Positions 9,546 through 21,837 are shown, numbered from the stretch's first letter. The stretch: DNA of 64,000 bases from Candidatus Bathyarchaeota archaeon (GCA_963717465.1 OY970340.1:2080001-2144000); one strand, 5' to 3'. The notes: generated by a model from the letters alone, not told the origin. Program-made: numbers and translations.

Positions 9546-11304
9546 GTGAATCGAGTTCCTGTAATCATCCTCTTATTGGCTGTTTCAGTTGCTTTAATCT
9601 TGCCTGCTGCATTATTTGTGCAAACGGTTAATGCACAGTCTAATTATACTATACAAAATGTGAATCAAACAGTCGAAGTCATGTATTCTGGTCAAACAGT
9701 CATAAGTTATGTCATTAGTGTGAATGGAACTTTGCCAAGTGATTTTCAAGTTGGTTTGCCATCGAATTTCAGCGCTGATGTAATTAAAGGGTATGCTTAC
9801 GATAGCCAAAATAACACTTACCAGGTTGAACTCGGGACACAACTTGGCAGCCAATCAGGTTTTTACGCTGCCCAAATTGATTTGAACGGTAAATCCCCTC
9901 AAGTCTTAACTCTAGTACTTATTGTCTCGAATAGTCTGCTTTCCCAGAGCTCTGATGTTTACACGCTTAGTTATCCCGCTTACCCAGGTTTGACACAAAC
10001 TGCTGCTGCATGTAGCGTTACTTTTGAACTGCCAGTTAGCACGACGAGCATAAGCATTACAAAAAGCGATGGCGACGTAAACTCGCTTAGTTATTCACCA
10101 CCAACCACAAGTTTGGCAGCATTTACTAACGAGGAGGCAGTAGCCACATTCAACTTAACAAGCGCATACATCCAGAACATGGATATTACGCAATTAAGCC
10201 GACAAGTAACCGTTAATCCAACGGGAACAGTAACAGCCATCGACACCTATAATATAGAAAATACTTCACCAAGCTCATTAAGCACGTTTGTCTTTGACTT
10301 GCCCTCCCAAGCTTCAAGTGTTACTATCACTGATTCAAGCGGCAATACGTTAACAACCAGTGACTTAAATGCCACTGCAAACTCAATACAGATCCTAGCA
10401 ACTTTATCATCTGATGTCGCAAGTGCGCAATCAACTGTTTTAATAGCCCAATATACTCTTCCCTCAGCCACAATACAGGGTACAACTTACACTGCAACCT
10501 TCAATCAATTCCCTTCAACTAACTATTACATTGACACAGCAACTCTAACTTTCACTTCGCCAGAAGGCGCGACTATTTCCTCAGCAAGTCCAGATTCATC
10601 AATAAGCATAGAGAGAACCAATTACCAAGAAAGCATCACATCTACGCAACAAGGGATAAGCTTCGTAAACTACAACTTACCCGGAGCAACAACGCTACAA
10701 GTAAAATTCGATTACAACACTGTTTGGGTTTCTTTTAGACCCGTTATAATTATTCTAGTTTTAGCAGTTATAATCTGCATCGGAATAATCATTTGGAAAA
10801 AATATCAAGTCTAGGGGCGAAAAGAAACAGCCAACTGAAACACAAGAGGAAGAGACAGGAACTGCTCACAAACCTGCAATGGTAACTCAGGCTCCACTGA
10901 GAGATTTCACTGATATATTTGACGCAAGGAAACAAATCACTTCAGAAATAACCGCGCTAGATGCAAGGGCCAGAAAGGGCAAGATTCAAAGACAGCAATA
11001 CAAAGCTAAGAAACGAGAATTAGAAGCAAGATACGAATCGTTAACCCGAAAGATCGAGGAGTCAAAACAGGCCTTCCGCAATTCAAGTCCAGAAAATGCA
11101 GATTTGATTAAGCAATTTGAGCATGCTGAATCAGGCTTGAAAGAGCTGGAAGAAAAAATTAGAACAATTGAAGCGCGTCAGGACAACCAACAAATCTCAC
11201 TTGAAGAATACAAGAAATCAATTGATGAATATCAACGTCAGAAAGAAAAAATTGAGGCAACAATCAACGGAATTCTTCTTAGATTACGTGAAAAAGCGCG
11301 CTAA
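9546..11304 (+). CDS. Single-pass membrane protein: S/T-rich extracellular region, TM, coiled-coil tail; split by a +1 frameshift near 10807
   Basis: ORFs 9546-10814 and 10879-11304 join if one base is removed (KKY-KSRGEKKQPTETQEEETGTAHKPAMVTQ). Confidence 0.65.
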
Positions 11305-11373
11305 AACACCTAAATGCTTTTATCCAACTTATAAAACTGTTCAATTTCAGCAGTATTACAGAGGTACATTAAA

Positions 11374-11553
11374 ATGGTAAAAATAGTTATAGACCCTAAA
11401 TGCACTGGATGCGAAACATGCGTCAGTACCTGTCCCGTAACCATATTCGAAGTTAAAGATGGAAAATCCGTTGCCTCAAAAATTGAGGAATGCCTTGTGT
11501 GCAGAGCATGTGAAGCTCAATGTCCAGAAGGTGCAATTCAGGTAATCGAATAA
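11374..11553 (+). CDS. 2x[4Fe-4S] ferredoxin, 59 aa (absent from ORF track)
   Basis: MVKIVIDPKCTGCETCVSTCP...ECLVCRACEAQCPEGAIQVIE; GAGGT upstream. Confidence 0.92.
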   Translation: MVKIVIDPKCTGCETCVSTCPVTIFEVKDGKSVASKIEECLVCRACEAQCPEGAIQVIE

Positions 11554-11696
11554 ACTTACACTTATTGAACAAAAGTTTTTTTCTCAGAATCTGAGAAATA
11601 TCCCATATTTCTTATTCAAAAAATATAGATTATTACACACTTTATTTGGGCTCTTGTTATCATGAGAAATTGAGCGACTTTTTGCACTTCAATTAG

Positions 11697-13139
11697 TTAT
11701 TTGCTGTTTTGAAACAGTTCATTTACATATTCTTTTACTGTTTTGCCATGTTTTTTAGCTATTCTATATATGGCGCTATTTATTCCGGTAGAATATTGAA
11801 CTGCTTTTTTAGGTTTATCCGATATTGAACTAGGCAACCCAACATTCTTGGCCACTTTTCTCAGCACAAGTTTTCTTGGAGAGTCTTGATTGCTTTCAAA
11901 TTTTAATTCTAAAGGCAAATCTAATGCAAATTCGACAACGTCTAGCGATGCAAAAGGTAACCTTAATTCAACATTATGAAAAATGCAGATTTTCTCATCC
12001 CTTTCTAAGTTACTTTCATGAATGTTTACCACATCATTAAACATTGTCTTTCGTATCTCTTCAACTCCTTCACTGCAGTATTGTTTCACGTAACGTTGAT
12101 AACCTCCAAACAACTCATCTGCTCCCTGCCCAGCTAAAAGCACTTTAAATCCAGCCTCAGCAGCTTTCTCAGCCGTCCAAAAAAATGGCAATCCAATACT
12201 TGCTTTGATGGGATCAGCTTCCTCGATAATATCCACAATTTTAGGCAGCCCTGCCTCAACATCCGATTCTTTAAACAAGTGCACTTGCAAAGGCAGCTTC
12301 AAATAATCAGCAGCACGGATAGCTTCCTCCGTTTCGTTTTGGTTTTCCAAGCTTACGTGAATCAGGTTAACTTTCACTTTACACTTGCTAGCCAAAAAAG
12401 CAATTAAACTGCTATCTAATCCTCCTGAAAAAGCAACCGCAACCTCCTTAACATCCACAAGTCGCTGCTGAACTGATTGCTCAATTAGCTTCTGCAGCGT
12501 TTCAGCCGCTTGTGGCATTGTACTGGATTTGGGATTTGAATAAGCAAATGTTTTAACTGCGTTAAACTCGAAGCCATCCTTGTTTGCAAAAGCTAAATGC
12601 CCTGGTGGAAAAGACGATACTTTCTCCAATCCGAGTTTCCATAATGCTTTCCTGTTTGAAGCAACTGCAACAAACTTTTTGTTTTCACCAAAATAAAGAG
12701 GCATAACTCCCACCGGATCTCTTCCCGCGAAAAAGCAATCATTTTTGACGAATACGAACGAGTATTCACCGTCCGCTTCGTTAATTATTCTCTCTAATAC
12801 CTTTTCACTTTTGTTTAGGTGATTAGCTATCTGCTCCATAATTGAAGGTTTTAACGTTGATGCGTATGTTCTTCCTTCAAAAAATAATGATCCTTTTTCA
12901 GTTTTTAAAAATTCACGGGTATAAATTGGATGCATTTTTGAATGGGCATAGCTAACAACTGAATTCGAATTAATCTCCCGTCTTGTTATGGCATCCATGT
13001 CCTTTTCTTTTAGGATTTCTGTGGGTGAGACGAGCCCAAAGCTTGATGGAGCATCAGCATATAATGAATTAAGTGCCTCTAATACCGAAGGAACGGCGTT
13101 TTCACCCTGCTTATTTATTGCCGCAATGATGGTTTTCAT
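11697..13139 (-). CDS. asnB: Asparagine synthetase B family protein
   Basis: RDPVGVMPLY, FSGGLDSS, GQGADELFGGY, ELRLPF, KKAVQY; no N-terminal catalytic Cys visible. Confidence 0.8.
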   Translation of the reverse strand: MKTIIAAINKQGENAVPSVLEALNSLYADAPSSFGLVSPTEILKEKDMDAITRREINSNSVVSYAHSKMHPIYTREFLKTEKGSLFFEGRTYASTLKPSIMEQIANHLNKSEKVLERIINEADGEYSFVFVKNDCFFAGRDPVGVMPLYFGENKKFVAVASNRKALWKLGLEKVSSFPPGHLAFANKDGFEFNAVKTFAYSNPKSSTMPQAAETLQKLIEQSVQQRLVDVKEVAVAFSGGLDSSLIAFLASKCKVKVNLIHVSLENQNETEEAIRAADYLKLPLQVHLFKESDVEAGLPKIVDIIEEADPIKASIGLPFFWTAEKAAEAGFKVLLAGQGADELFGGYQRYVKQYCSEGVEEIRKTMFNDVVNIHESNLERDEKICIFHNVELRLPFASLDVVEFALDLPLELKFESNQDSPRKLVLRKVAKNVGLPSSISDKPKKAVQYSTGINSAIYRIAKKHGKTVKEYVNELFQNSK

Positions 13140-13561
13140 CTAGTTTACCACTCTTCAAGTATTAATTTGATATTGGCTTTGCAAGATATTAATAAAATAC
13201 GTTTCTCACGTAATTTTAAAAGAATATTTTCGCAAAGCATATTCTTTTGTTAACACGCTTGAGAGTAACACTTAAAGGTTTATGGAAATAGTTTTTTTTG
13301 GCTAAAGCTGTAGTGTTGTATTCTGACGCTATTTCCCCTGCGCTGAAGAACCCTTTGTCTGCCACATGTTTGATGCTTTATTGTTTTTGCCGTAGAATCA
13401 AACTTATTCTATCTTAAAATGCCTTTGACTGCTCTGTTGTAATGTAACAAGAGATAGAGTTTTCAGCTAAAAGCTTTTTAAATAGAGCAATAGCTTGTTG
13501 TCAATAATTCAATTAAGTTTAAACGAGGAAAAAGGAAGATTGTGCTTAAAAGCGCGGGATG

Positions 13562-13867
13562 TTATTCTTGAAGTTCTTTCTGGATGGCATCAATTTTTTT
13601 GACGAGGTCATTAACATTAGACTTTATTTCTGAAAGTTCTGTCGACATTTGCGCTAATGCTTTGGTTGAGGGTTTTTCACTGTCCATTTTCGTTTGGAAG
13701 TATTCAAGTCCGAATCCTACTATAAGGGTTACAACGAAGGCAGTCATAACGAGTAAGGCAACAGCTATGTCCGTTCCCCAGTTAATTCCTCCTACCGCAA
13801 GATACATGGCAGCTATCACGGTTACAGCTAACCAAGCAAATCCGAGTATTACTGGTCTAGAATCCAT
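13562..13867 (-). CDS. Small membrane protein (2 TM plus coiled coil)
   Basis: Hydrophobic N-half; GGAGGTG upstream; overlaps the ArsR gene end. Confidence 0.7.
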   Translation of the reverse strand: MDSRPVILGFAWLAVTVIAAMYLAVGGINWGTDIAVALLVMTAFVVTLIVGFGLEYFQTKMDSEKPSTKALAQMSTELSEIKSNVNDLVKKIDAIQKELQE

Positions 13868-14170
13868 TGTTTTCCACCTCCTTTCTAAGGATTTGAGGAG
13901 TCAATTTTACGGTAAAATCTTGAAGCTTGTAATAACGAAGGGCCTTTGCTTCTCCTTCAACTATTTCAACTCTGCTTACTACCAAACCAGCTTTCTCAAG
14001 CTTCTTAAGGTGTACCTTTGCCAGCGCTCTGTTCACGCCCAAATTATTCGCAATTTCATTCAAATACATCTCTTTACTGGCAAGCAACGACACAATCCTA
14101 ATCCTCAAAGGATGACCTAAAGCATCCAAAGTTCTTGCAAGCTCAATGATTTTAGACGTGCTTTAGGCAT
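13857..14170 (-). CDS. ArsR-family wHTH regulator
   Basis: DALGHPLRIRIV...HLKKLEKAGLV; ATG 14170 needs a 1-nt correction, track start is 14129. Confidence 0.8.
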
Positions 14171-14229
14171 CTTCCTGCAGTCAAGTTATTTTAGGCCTCA
14201 TCCTCTACCTTGCGCTTTCATAACGGTTG

Positions 14230-14901
14230 CTAGGGCTTGGAGGCAATTGATGATGGGTTGAATCCTTTGACTATGAGCCATGCTGCTAGTACCATTTCTT
14301 GTATCGCTATTGGAAGAGCTAAAACGGTTAAGAAAGCGCTAAACATTCCCAATAAGCCCGCTGTTAGCACTAATACGGCTCCAATAAGACCCCAGATTGA
14401 CAACCAAAGGGGAACAAGTTTTGATTTATACAATAAGCAGTAGAACATTAGAGCGCCTATACCGAAAATAATCGGATTCAATGGAAAAATCCAGCCAAGT
14501 GCGCCTTGTAATAGAGCGCCTGAAGTTTGATAATAGGAAGTAGCCGGTGACCCTGCGTTGACATATTGTTGACTTAAAGTTACCAGTAATAGTAAGCATA
14601 TGGTATTTGCAATTAGGGTTACGGACTCCAAAATTCTGATGCTAAAATAGCCTAGAGCCACTCCTTGATTGTATCGTTTAAGGATAGGAAATAGCATAGC
14701 TGGAATTAGAGCAATTGAGATAGCAGCACCCAGTGTAAAGAGCGCTCCTATTATCACTTGGTTTTCATTAGTGGAAGCTTTAACAAGATAATCTGAAGCC
14801 CCTGTTATTGGTCCAGTAAGTGCACTGCCTACCAGAGATAAAACAGTGGCAAGTATGAATAATATTCCAACTATTATTGCAGTTTTTCTACTTAAGTCCA
14901 T
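14230..14901 (-). CDS. DUF4386-like membrane protein
   Basis: RKTAIIVGILFILAT, LYKSKLVP.WLS.WG, EMVLAAWLIVKGF. Confidence 0.75.
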   Translation of the reverse strand: MDLSRKTAIIVGILFILATVLSLVGSALTGPITGASDYLVKASTNENQVIIGALFTLGAAISIALIPAMLFPILKRYNQGVALGYFSIRILESVTLIANTICLLLLVTLSQQYVNAGSPATSYYQTSGALLQGALGWIFPLNPIIFGIGALMFYCLLYKSKLVPLWLSIWGLIGAVLVLTAGLLGMFSAFLTVLALPIAIQEMVLAAWLIVKGFNPSSIASKP

Positions 14902-15064
14902 TTTTTTATGTTCCTCCTTAGTTTTAAATTAATTACATGTAACTAAAATGTTACATTTAAACTTTGCCAAAGCCAATAAAAAATTTGCCTAAAGGGCAAT
15001 AGCTAAATAATGGTTTGAAACAATAATCTTTAATCTGCATATCTTTTCAGCGAGGAAGCAATAC

Positions 15065-16404
15065 TTGCCCATCTTACCTATAGATACTGGTCGATATGGA
15101 ACCAAGGAAATGTTAAATGTTTTTGTTGAAGAAAACAGGCTTCAAAAATTGCTTGATGTTGAAGCCGCGTTAGCTTTGGCACATGCGGAAGTTGGGAATA
15201 TCCCAAGCAAAGACGCTGAAAAAATTGCTGTGATGGCTTCGACCAAGTATGTTAAAGTAGAACGTGTTAAAGCGATTGAGAAAGAAATTAAGCATGATAT
15301 AGCTTCACTTGTTCGTGCGTTATCTGAGGTCTGTGGTTCAAGCGGTGCTTATGTGCATTTAGGAGCGACGAGTTACGATATTGTGGACACTGCTAACGCG
15401 TTACAGTTAAAAGATGCAGCTTTCAATAATAGAGAAAAAACTAGTTGCTTTGAATGAGATATTGCAAAAACAGGCAAGCCAGTATAAATCCACTGTGATG
15501 ATTGGTAGAACACATGGGCAACATGCTTTACCGATTACTTTAGGCTTCAAATTTGCAGTCTGGGGCTATGAGATCTCACGGCACATGCAACGATTGGAAG
15601 ATTGCAAAAAACGCGTTTTAGTCGGGAAAATAAGTGGAGCAGTTGGTACGCAAGCGGGTTTAGGTGAACATGCTCAGCTTATTCAAGAGCTTGTAATGAA
15701 GCGATTAAACATTGATGCTGCAGAGATTTCAACACAAATTGTTCAACGCGACCGCTACGCAGAATTAATCTGCCTTTTAGCATCAGTTGCCTCTTCGCTG
15801 GAGAATTTTGCGACTGAAATACGAGAACTGCAAAGACCTGAAATAGGTGAACTTTTTGAGTCTTTTGAAGAGAAAAAGCAAGTTGGTAGCTCCACAATGC
15901 CGCATAAACAAAACCCAGAAACATGCGAAAGAGTCTGCGGTTTAGCTAGAATCGTTCGAAGCTTAGTGATTCCATCTTTAGAAGACGTTGTTACTTGGCA
16001 TGAACGGGATTTAACTCAATCCTCAGCTGAACGATTCATTCTTCCAGAATCATGCATCTTACTTGATTACATCCTGAATTTAATGTGTAATATTGTGGCA
16101 AACTTGCGAGTTGACGAGCAGAAAATGCTGCAGAACCTGGAGTTAACTCAAGGAAGAGCAATGTCCGAATCAGTCATGATGGCGCTAACAAGAAAAGGCG
16201 TCAATAGACAAGAAGCCCATGAACTACTCAGAAAACTAGCGATAAAAAGCAATTCTGAAAAACAAGACTTCAAAGACAATTCTCATGGACGACAAATTTG
16301 TAAGCAGCAAGCTGAACGAAAAAGAAATCAACGATGCTTTAAATCCAAAGAAGTACTTGGGGACGGCAATTGAACAAGCCGAAAAATTTGCTAAAACTGA
16401 GTGA
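15065..16404 (+). CDS. purB: Adenylosuccinate lyase (two +1 frameshifts, near 15419 and 16278)
   Basis: HLGATSYD, GRTHGQHA, GSSTMPHKQNP; corrected tail reads DALNPKKYLG. Confidence 0.93.
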
Positions 16405-16453
16405 CAAATGAAGAGTTACAAAGTTTTATTGAATTAGGACTCAGGGATGAATT

Positions 16454-16765
16454 ATGGTAACAAAATTGAAAATAGACCCTGGTAACTGCTTGATAAAGGC
16501 AATTGTGACTGTTCAGAAAAAGATTCCTAACGAACGAAAGAATCCGCAAATGGCAGTTGATATTTTTATTGAAACGTCATGCAAAAATTTGGATGCGTTT
16601 AAAGAGAAGTTTAAGACTGTTACCATGGCAACTTATCCACAGATTATGCAAGAAGCTATACCTCATTGTATTTGTCCCATTCCTTTAGGTGTTGCCAAAG
16701 CTTGCGAAATGGAAATGGGCTTAGGCTTAAAAAAAGACATAAAATATGAGATTGAAAAAGAATAA
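16454..16765 (+). CDS. Hypothetical Cys-containing protein
   Basis: IDPGNC...TSC...HCICPIP...GLGL. Confidence 0.6.
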   Translation: MVTKLKIDPGNCLIKAIVTVQKKIPNERKNPQMAVDIFIETSCKNLDAFKEKFKTVTMATYPQIMQEAIPHCICPIPLGVAKACEMEMGLGLKKDIKYEIEKE

Positions 16766-16795
16766 CTGACTTTTCCATGAGTTTTTATGCACGGT

Positions 16796-18038
16796 TTATT
16801 TTCTTATTTGTCCATTTCCAAGAATAACGTATTTTGTTGTTGTCAAATGCTGTACGCTCATTGGTCCTCTTGCGTGAAGTTTCTGTGTGCTTATGCCAAT
16901 TTCTGCTCCTAAGCCAAACTGGTTGCCATCAGTGAATCGTGTGGATGCATTCCAGTAAACTGCTGCTGAATCAACTTCCCGTATGAACCGCATTGCCTTG
17001 TCAAAATTGGCTGTTAGAATTGAATCTGAATGTTTAGTTCCGTACTTGTTAATGTGAGCTATTGCTTCAGTTAAGTTTTCAACAACTTTTACGCCCATGA
17101 TTAAATCAAGGTATTCAGTGTACCAGTCTTCTTCACTTGCAGCTTTCACGTCAGGAACAATCTTGCGTGTTTCATTGCAGCCTCTAACTTCTACGCCTTG
17201 CTTTCGAAGAGCAGCAATAACAGTTGGCAAATAACTTTTAGCAATTTTACTGTGAACCAGCAGTTTCTCTGCTGCATTGCAGGTTCCTGGACGTTGACAC
17301 TTCGCGTTAACTACAATAGCAGTTGCCTTCTCTAAATCAGCATCTTCTTCAACGTACACATGGCAATTGCCTGTTCCAGTTTCAATCACAGGAATTCTTG
17401 ACTTTTCCACGACAGTATTTAATCAAGTCAGCTCCGCCACGGGGAATAAGCACGTCAATGTACTCTCGCATACGCATAAGCTCTTCAGCAACGCTTCGCT
17501 CAGGAGAAGCAACTACTTGAACAGCATCCGCAGTAACGCCGCAAGCAATCAAAGCAGATCTTAGCACCTCGCCAATGCTACATTAGAGTTTAATGGCGTC
17601 TGAGCCGCCTCGAAGAATAACAGCATTTCCTGATTTAAGGCAGATTCCTGCTGCATCAGAAGTTACATCAGGGCGTGATTCGTAAATTACGCCAACAACA
17701 CCTAAAGGTACGCGGACTTGGCTGATTATCAAGCCGTTAGGTCTTGTCCACGTGTTAACAATCATGCCTATAGGATCATTTAAGGCTGAGACTTCTCTTA
17801 AGCAGTTTGCCATATTCTGAATTTTGCGTTTATCAAGCAAAAGTCGATCTAAAAGTGAAGCTTTAAGTCCTTTAGCTTTTGCAGCTTCAACATCCGCCTT
17901 GTTGGCCTCAATAATCTTATCCGTATCGGCAACGAGTGCATCAGCCATCTTGCAAAGTACTTGGTTTTTTGTTTCAGAAGAAAGCTTTGCTAACTCGACT
18001 GAAGCTGCTTTTGCTTTCTTGCAGATTTCCAGAATCAT
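16796..18038 (-). CDS. proA: Gamma-glutamyl phosphate reductase (two frameshifts, near 17586 and 17417)
   Basis: PLGVVGVIYESRP, LIPRGG, CNAAE, FGLGAEIGISTQKLHARGP spread over three ORFs. Confidence 0.93.
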
Positions 18039-18039
18039 T

Positions 18040-19164
18040 TCATTTCTCTCCGCTTGTTAAATGAATGTTTCTGTGCTCAATTACATCTTTTGGTTTTACG
18101 CTTAATTTTTTTTCTACTTCTGATACCTGTAGCCCTCTGATTAGGTTTAACTCGCCACTATTATAATTCGGGTTCCCCTTTGCGAACTCGACTCCATCCG
18201 CATCGACGATACTTACGACGTCACCATCATGAAAGTGGCCTACAACACGAATTATTCCAACAGGCAGTAGACTTGAACCTTCAAGAATGGCTTTTTTTGC
18301 TCCTTCATTTACGAAGATTTGTCCTTTTACTGCTGCTCCGTAAGCGATCCAACGTTTGACGGCTCGCATTTTATTTTGAGGCTTAAAGTAAGTGCCAACA
18401 TCCTTGCCTGCAAGAACATCAACAATAACGTTTTCTCTTCGGCTGTTCGCTATCACAACAGGTATTCCGCAAGAGGTGGCGATTTCGGCAGCTTTTATTT
18501 TGCTTTGAATTCCGCCTCGACCCAACTTGCTTTTTCCCTTCAGTGAATCCTTAAGTTCAGGTGTAATCGCATCTACAGTCTTTATCATGGTTGCGTTTGG
18601 GTCGCTTGGGTCTTTCGTGTATAAGCCTTCAACATCAGAAAGTATAATTACCAAGTCAGCACCAACAGCGCTTGCGACAAGAACCGACAGAATATCATTA
18701 TCGCTAAAATTAACTCTGTAGCCTTCAGATTGTCTTAACTCATCTACAGAAGTAACGTCATTCTCATTAATTATGGGTATAACACCTGTTTTTAGAAGCA
18801 TTTCAAGAACGTTACAGGTGTGCAGGTACGAAGCCCTGTTAGAAAGATCTTCAGCAGTCAGCAAAATCTGTGCAACCTTCAAGTTATGACTTTTGAAGAA
18901 TTCACGGTATTTAGCCATAAGTACACTTTGCCCAGTTGCAGCACTAGCCTGCTGAAAAACCACATCATTAGGTTTAGGAGTAATTCCAAGTTCAGCTATT
19001 CCAGCTGCCACCGCACCGGATGTGACCAGAATAATCTTATCCCCGTTCTTTGTTGCAGCGGCGATTTGACTGGTTAACCGTTGCATTTCTGTTTCGTCGA
19101 GTTTTCCTTTGCTTGTTGTTATTCCGCTCGTGCCAACTTTGATAACAATTAATTTTGAAGGCAT
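18040..19164 (-). CDS. proB: Glutamate 5-kinase with PUA domain
   Basis: VIKVGTS, TSGAVAAG, INEND, FSDND; likely start ATG 19164. Confidence 0.95.
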   Translation of the reverse strand: MPSKLIVIKVGTSGITTSKGKLDETEMQRLTSQIAAATKNGDKIILVTSGAVAAGIAELGITPKPNDVVFQQASAATGQSVLMAKYREFFKSHNLKVAQILLTAEDLSNRASYLHTCNVLEMLLKTGVIPIINENDVTSVDELRQSEGYRVNFSDNDILSVLVASAVGADLVIILSDVEGLYTKDPSDPNATMIKTVDAITPELKDSLKGKSKLGRGGIQSKIKAAEIATSCGIPVVIANSRRENVIVDVLAGKDVGTYFKPQNKMRAVKRWIAYGAAVKGQIFVNEGAKKAILEGSSLLPVGIIRVVGHFHDGDVVSIVDADGVEFAKGNPNYNSGELNLIRGLQVSEVEKKLSVKPKDVIEHRNIHLTSGEK

Positions 19165-19343
19165 AATCTTCAACTCTTTTTCTCTTCGAAATGGTGCAAA
19201 CAGTGCAGTAATTGAAAATATGTTTCTCTTATTTAAAAATGCAACCGACAACAACACAAAAAGGCATAAAAAAGGAGATTTTCGCCAAAAACAAGGAAAA
19301 AATATATTAACCAAATAAGCAACCCTCTGACAGGTTATTCAAC

Positions 19344-21515
19344 ATGAATATAGCACTTGATATCCTAACCATTAATTCACCCCTCATATTTTGGATAGCA
19401 CCAATAGCAGGAGTAATCGCATTAATTACATCGATGCTATTGATGTGGAAAATTGGAAGAATGAGCCAGGGCTCACCAAAAGCAATTGAAGTGGGAAAAG
19501 CTATACGCGTTGGTGCCTACGCATTTTTAAAAAGGCAATATTCAACAATCGCAGTTATCATCGCGGTTGTTTTCGTTTTAATCGCGGTATTTCTAAATAA
19601 TCCTTCAATTCCATATTCAGGCCTAAAAACTGCTGCTGCTTTTTTGGTTGGTGCTGTTGCATCCTTAACAGCGGGTTATATTGCAATGGATAATGCCACG
19701 AAAGCGAACGTTCGAACAGTCGCCGCAGGCAAAGACGGGCCAAACAAAGCTCTTCAAACTGCATTTTATGGCGGAGCAACAATGGGCTTTGCAGTAGTAG
19801 GCTTATCCCTTTTAGCCGTAAGTTTAATGTTTCTACTCTATGGCGGTTGGGGTGCTTTATTCGGCGGATCTGCAGATAGCACATTAGGTGTCCAAGCAGC
19901 CACAGCAATTATCGGCATGGGTTTTGGTGCATCATTAATTGCCTTGTTTGCTCAACTCGGCGGAGGCATATACACTAAAGCCGCAGATATTGGAGCGGAC
20001 TTAGTAGGCAAAGTCGAAGCTGGTATTCCGGAAGATGACCCAAGAAACCCGGCAGTTATTGCCGATAACGTTGGAGATAACGTTGGTGACTCAGCTGGAC
20101 GTGGAGCAGACTTGTTTGAGTCTGCCGTTGTAGAAAACATCGGTGGCATGGTTATAGGTGGTATCGTCAGTGCTGCAACAGGCAACATATTGTTCCTGAT
20201 TTTCCCGTTGATTGTTCGTGCTCTCGGTGTCTTCGCAACCTTATGCGGCATGCCATTTGTGAAACTAAATCAAAATGAAATAAAAAACCCGATGAGGGCA
20301 CTCCGCAAAGGCTTAACCGTAACAACTATTGTCTCTGCAGTAATCTTCTTAATAGTTTCAATACTCTTCTTTGGCACGTACTGGTATTACATATTTGGCT
20401 GTTTACTTATCGGATTAATCTCAAGTGTTCTTATCGATCAAATAACAGATTACTATACTGGACGTGACAGAAAACCAGTCTACAGCATCGCTGAAGCCAG
20501 CAAAACTGGAAGCGCAACAAACATCATTACTGGAATTGCGGTTGGCTTAGAAACAACTGCTTTGCCCATAATTACTCTAGTAATAGCATTAATTATTTCG
20601 TACTTTTTAGGCTCACAATTTGGAGCGCAAATTGGAATAAATCCTTATTACGGAGGCGTTTACGGAACAGCGTTAGCAACGATGGGTATGCTTGCAGTAA
20701 TGGGAATGATCTTAGCTTTAGACGGGTTTGGTCCAATTGCTGATAATGCTGCAGGTATTGCAGAAATGGCAGGAGAAAAAATTGGCATTGACACAATGGA
20801 AGCTCTTGACGCAGTTGGGAACACAACTAAAGCTTTAACGAAAGGTTTTGCTTTAGGTTCAGCTTTGCTTGCTGCACAGTTACTCTTCCAAGCGTACGGT
20901 TCAGAAGTTATAGCTTACTACCACTTGAATATCTCAGTCTTCACCATTGACATTGCAAACCCCATAGTACTAGCTGCAGGATTTATCGGTGCAATGCTTC
21001 CGTTCATATTCTCTTCAAGAGCCATTGCCGCAGTCGGAAAAGCAGCCACTCAAATGGTCAACGAAGTCAGACGTCAATTCAGGGAAATCCCAGGTATCAT
21101 GGATGGCACAGGAAAACCAGAATACGATAAAGCCGTAGACATCAGCACTCGAGCAGCCTTGAAAGGCATGATAGTTCCAGGTATAATCGTCGTTGCCGTT
21201 CCAGTGATAATGGGCATTTTCTTAGGTCCAATTGCGGTCGGCGCAGTCGTCGTTGGAGTTACTATAACAGGCGTTCCATTAGCATTGTTCATGAACACTG
21301 GCGGTGGCGCATGGGATAACGCTAAGAAATTCATTGAATCAGGTAACTTTGGCGGTAAGAAGTCTCCTGCTCATCAAGCTGCAGTTGTAGGCGACACTGT
21401 TGGCGATCCGTTAAAAGACACTGCTGGTCCAAGCCTTCATGTGCTTATAAAACTGATGGGTACGCTGTCAATTGTGTTTATTCCGCTGTTCCTTGGCCTT
21501 CTACATTTAATCTAA
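19344..21515 (+). CDS. hppA: Membrane pyrophosphatase, probably K+-independent H+-pumping type
   Basis: DIGADLVGKVE, DNVGDNVGD, GNTTKA (Lys at the K+-dependence position), GDTVGDPLKD. Confidence 0.93.
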   Translation: MNIALDILTINSPLIFWIAPIAGVIALITSMLLMWKIGRMSQGSPKAIEVGKAIRVGAYAFLKRQYSTIAVIIAVVFVLIAVFLNNPSIPYSGLKTAAAFLVGAVASLTAGYIAMDNATKANVRTVAAGKDGPNKALQTAFYGGATMGFAVVGLSLLAVSLMFLLYGGWGALFGGSADSTLGVQAATAIIGMGFGASLIALFAQLGGGIYTKAADIGADLVGKVEAGIPEDDPRNPAVIADNVGDNVGDSAGRGADLFESAVVENIGGMVIGGIVSAATGNILFLIFPLIVRALGVFATLCGMPFVKLNQNEIKNPMRALRKGLTVTTIVSAVIFLIVSILFFGTYWYYIFGCLLIGLISSVLIDQITDYYTGRDRKPVYSIAEASKTGSATNIITGIAVGLETTALPIITLVIALIISYFLGSQFGAQIGINPYYGGVYGTALATMGMLAVMGMILALDGFGPIADNAAGIAEMAGEKIGIDTMEALDAVGNTTKALTKGFALGSALLAAQLLFQAYGSEVIAYYHLNISVFTIDIANPIVLAAGFIGAMLPFIFSSRAIAAVGKAATQMVNEVRRQFREIPGIMDGTGKPEYDKAVDISTRAALKGMIVPGIIVVAVPVIMGIFLGPIAVGAVVVGVTITGVPLALFMNTGGGAWDNAKKFIESGNFGGKKSPAHQAAVVGDTVGDPLKDTAGPSLHVLIKLMGTLSIVFIPLFLGLLHLI

Positions 21516-21534
21516 ACAATACTGTATGGTGGAT

Positions 21535-21837
21535 TTACTCCACCCAACTTTCCTCTTTGATCTTATCTGCAAGTTCTATGCCGCTTTGGGTTAGACAAAA
21601 AATTTTGTAGGTGTTTCTTCCGCTTCTAGTTACTCGGGTGTCTTCTGTAAATAATTGAGCATCACGCAAAAGTTCACAATTCTTCAAATCTGAAGATGGC
21701 ATAAGCATGCCTTCACTTGACTCAAGATACATGATGCAATGGTCTTTATTATCTAATGCAGCAAGCAAGTACTTCTTGAAAACTCCGACTCGGTTGGCGA
21801 TATATTCAGAAAGGTACGAACCTAAAACTTGAGACAT
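21535..21837 (-). CDS. Hypothetical wHTH-like protein
   Basis: 100-aa ORF ending YKIFCLTQSGIELA. Confidence 0.55.
   Translation of the reverse strand: MSQVLGSYLSEYIANRVGVFKKYLLAALDNKDHCIMYLESSEGMLMPSSDLKNCELLRDAQLFTEDTRVTRSGRNTYKIFCLTQSGIELADKIKEESWVE

Noticed and set aside
13250..13450. Minus-strand VADKGFFS, resembling a DDE transposase motif
   Set aside because: Too short and broken by stops to support by eye
15065..18038. Pseudogenisation or programmed frameshifting of purB and proA
   Set aside because: No shared slippery motif; the same +1 pattern occurs window-wide, which points to sequencing error
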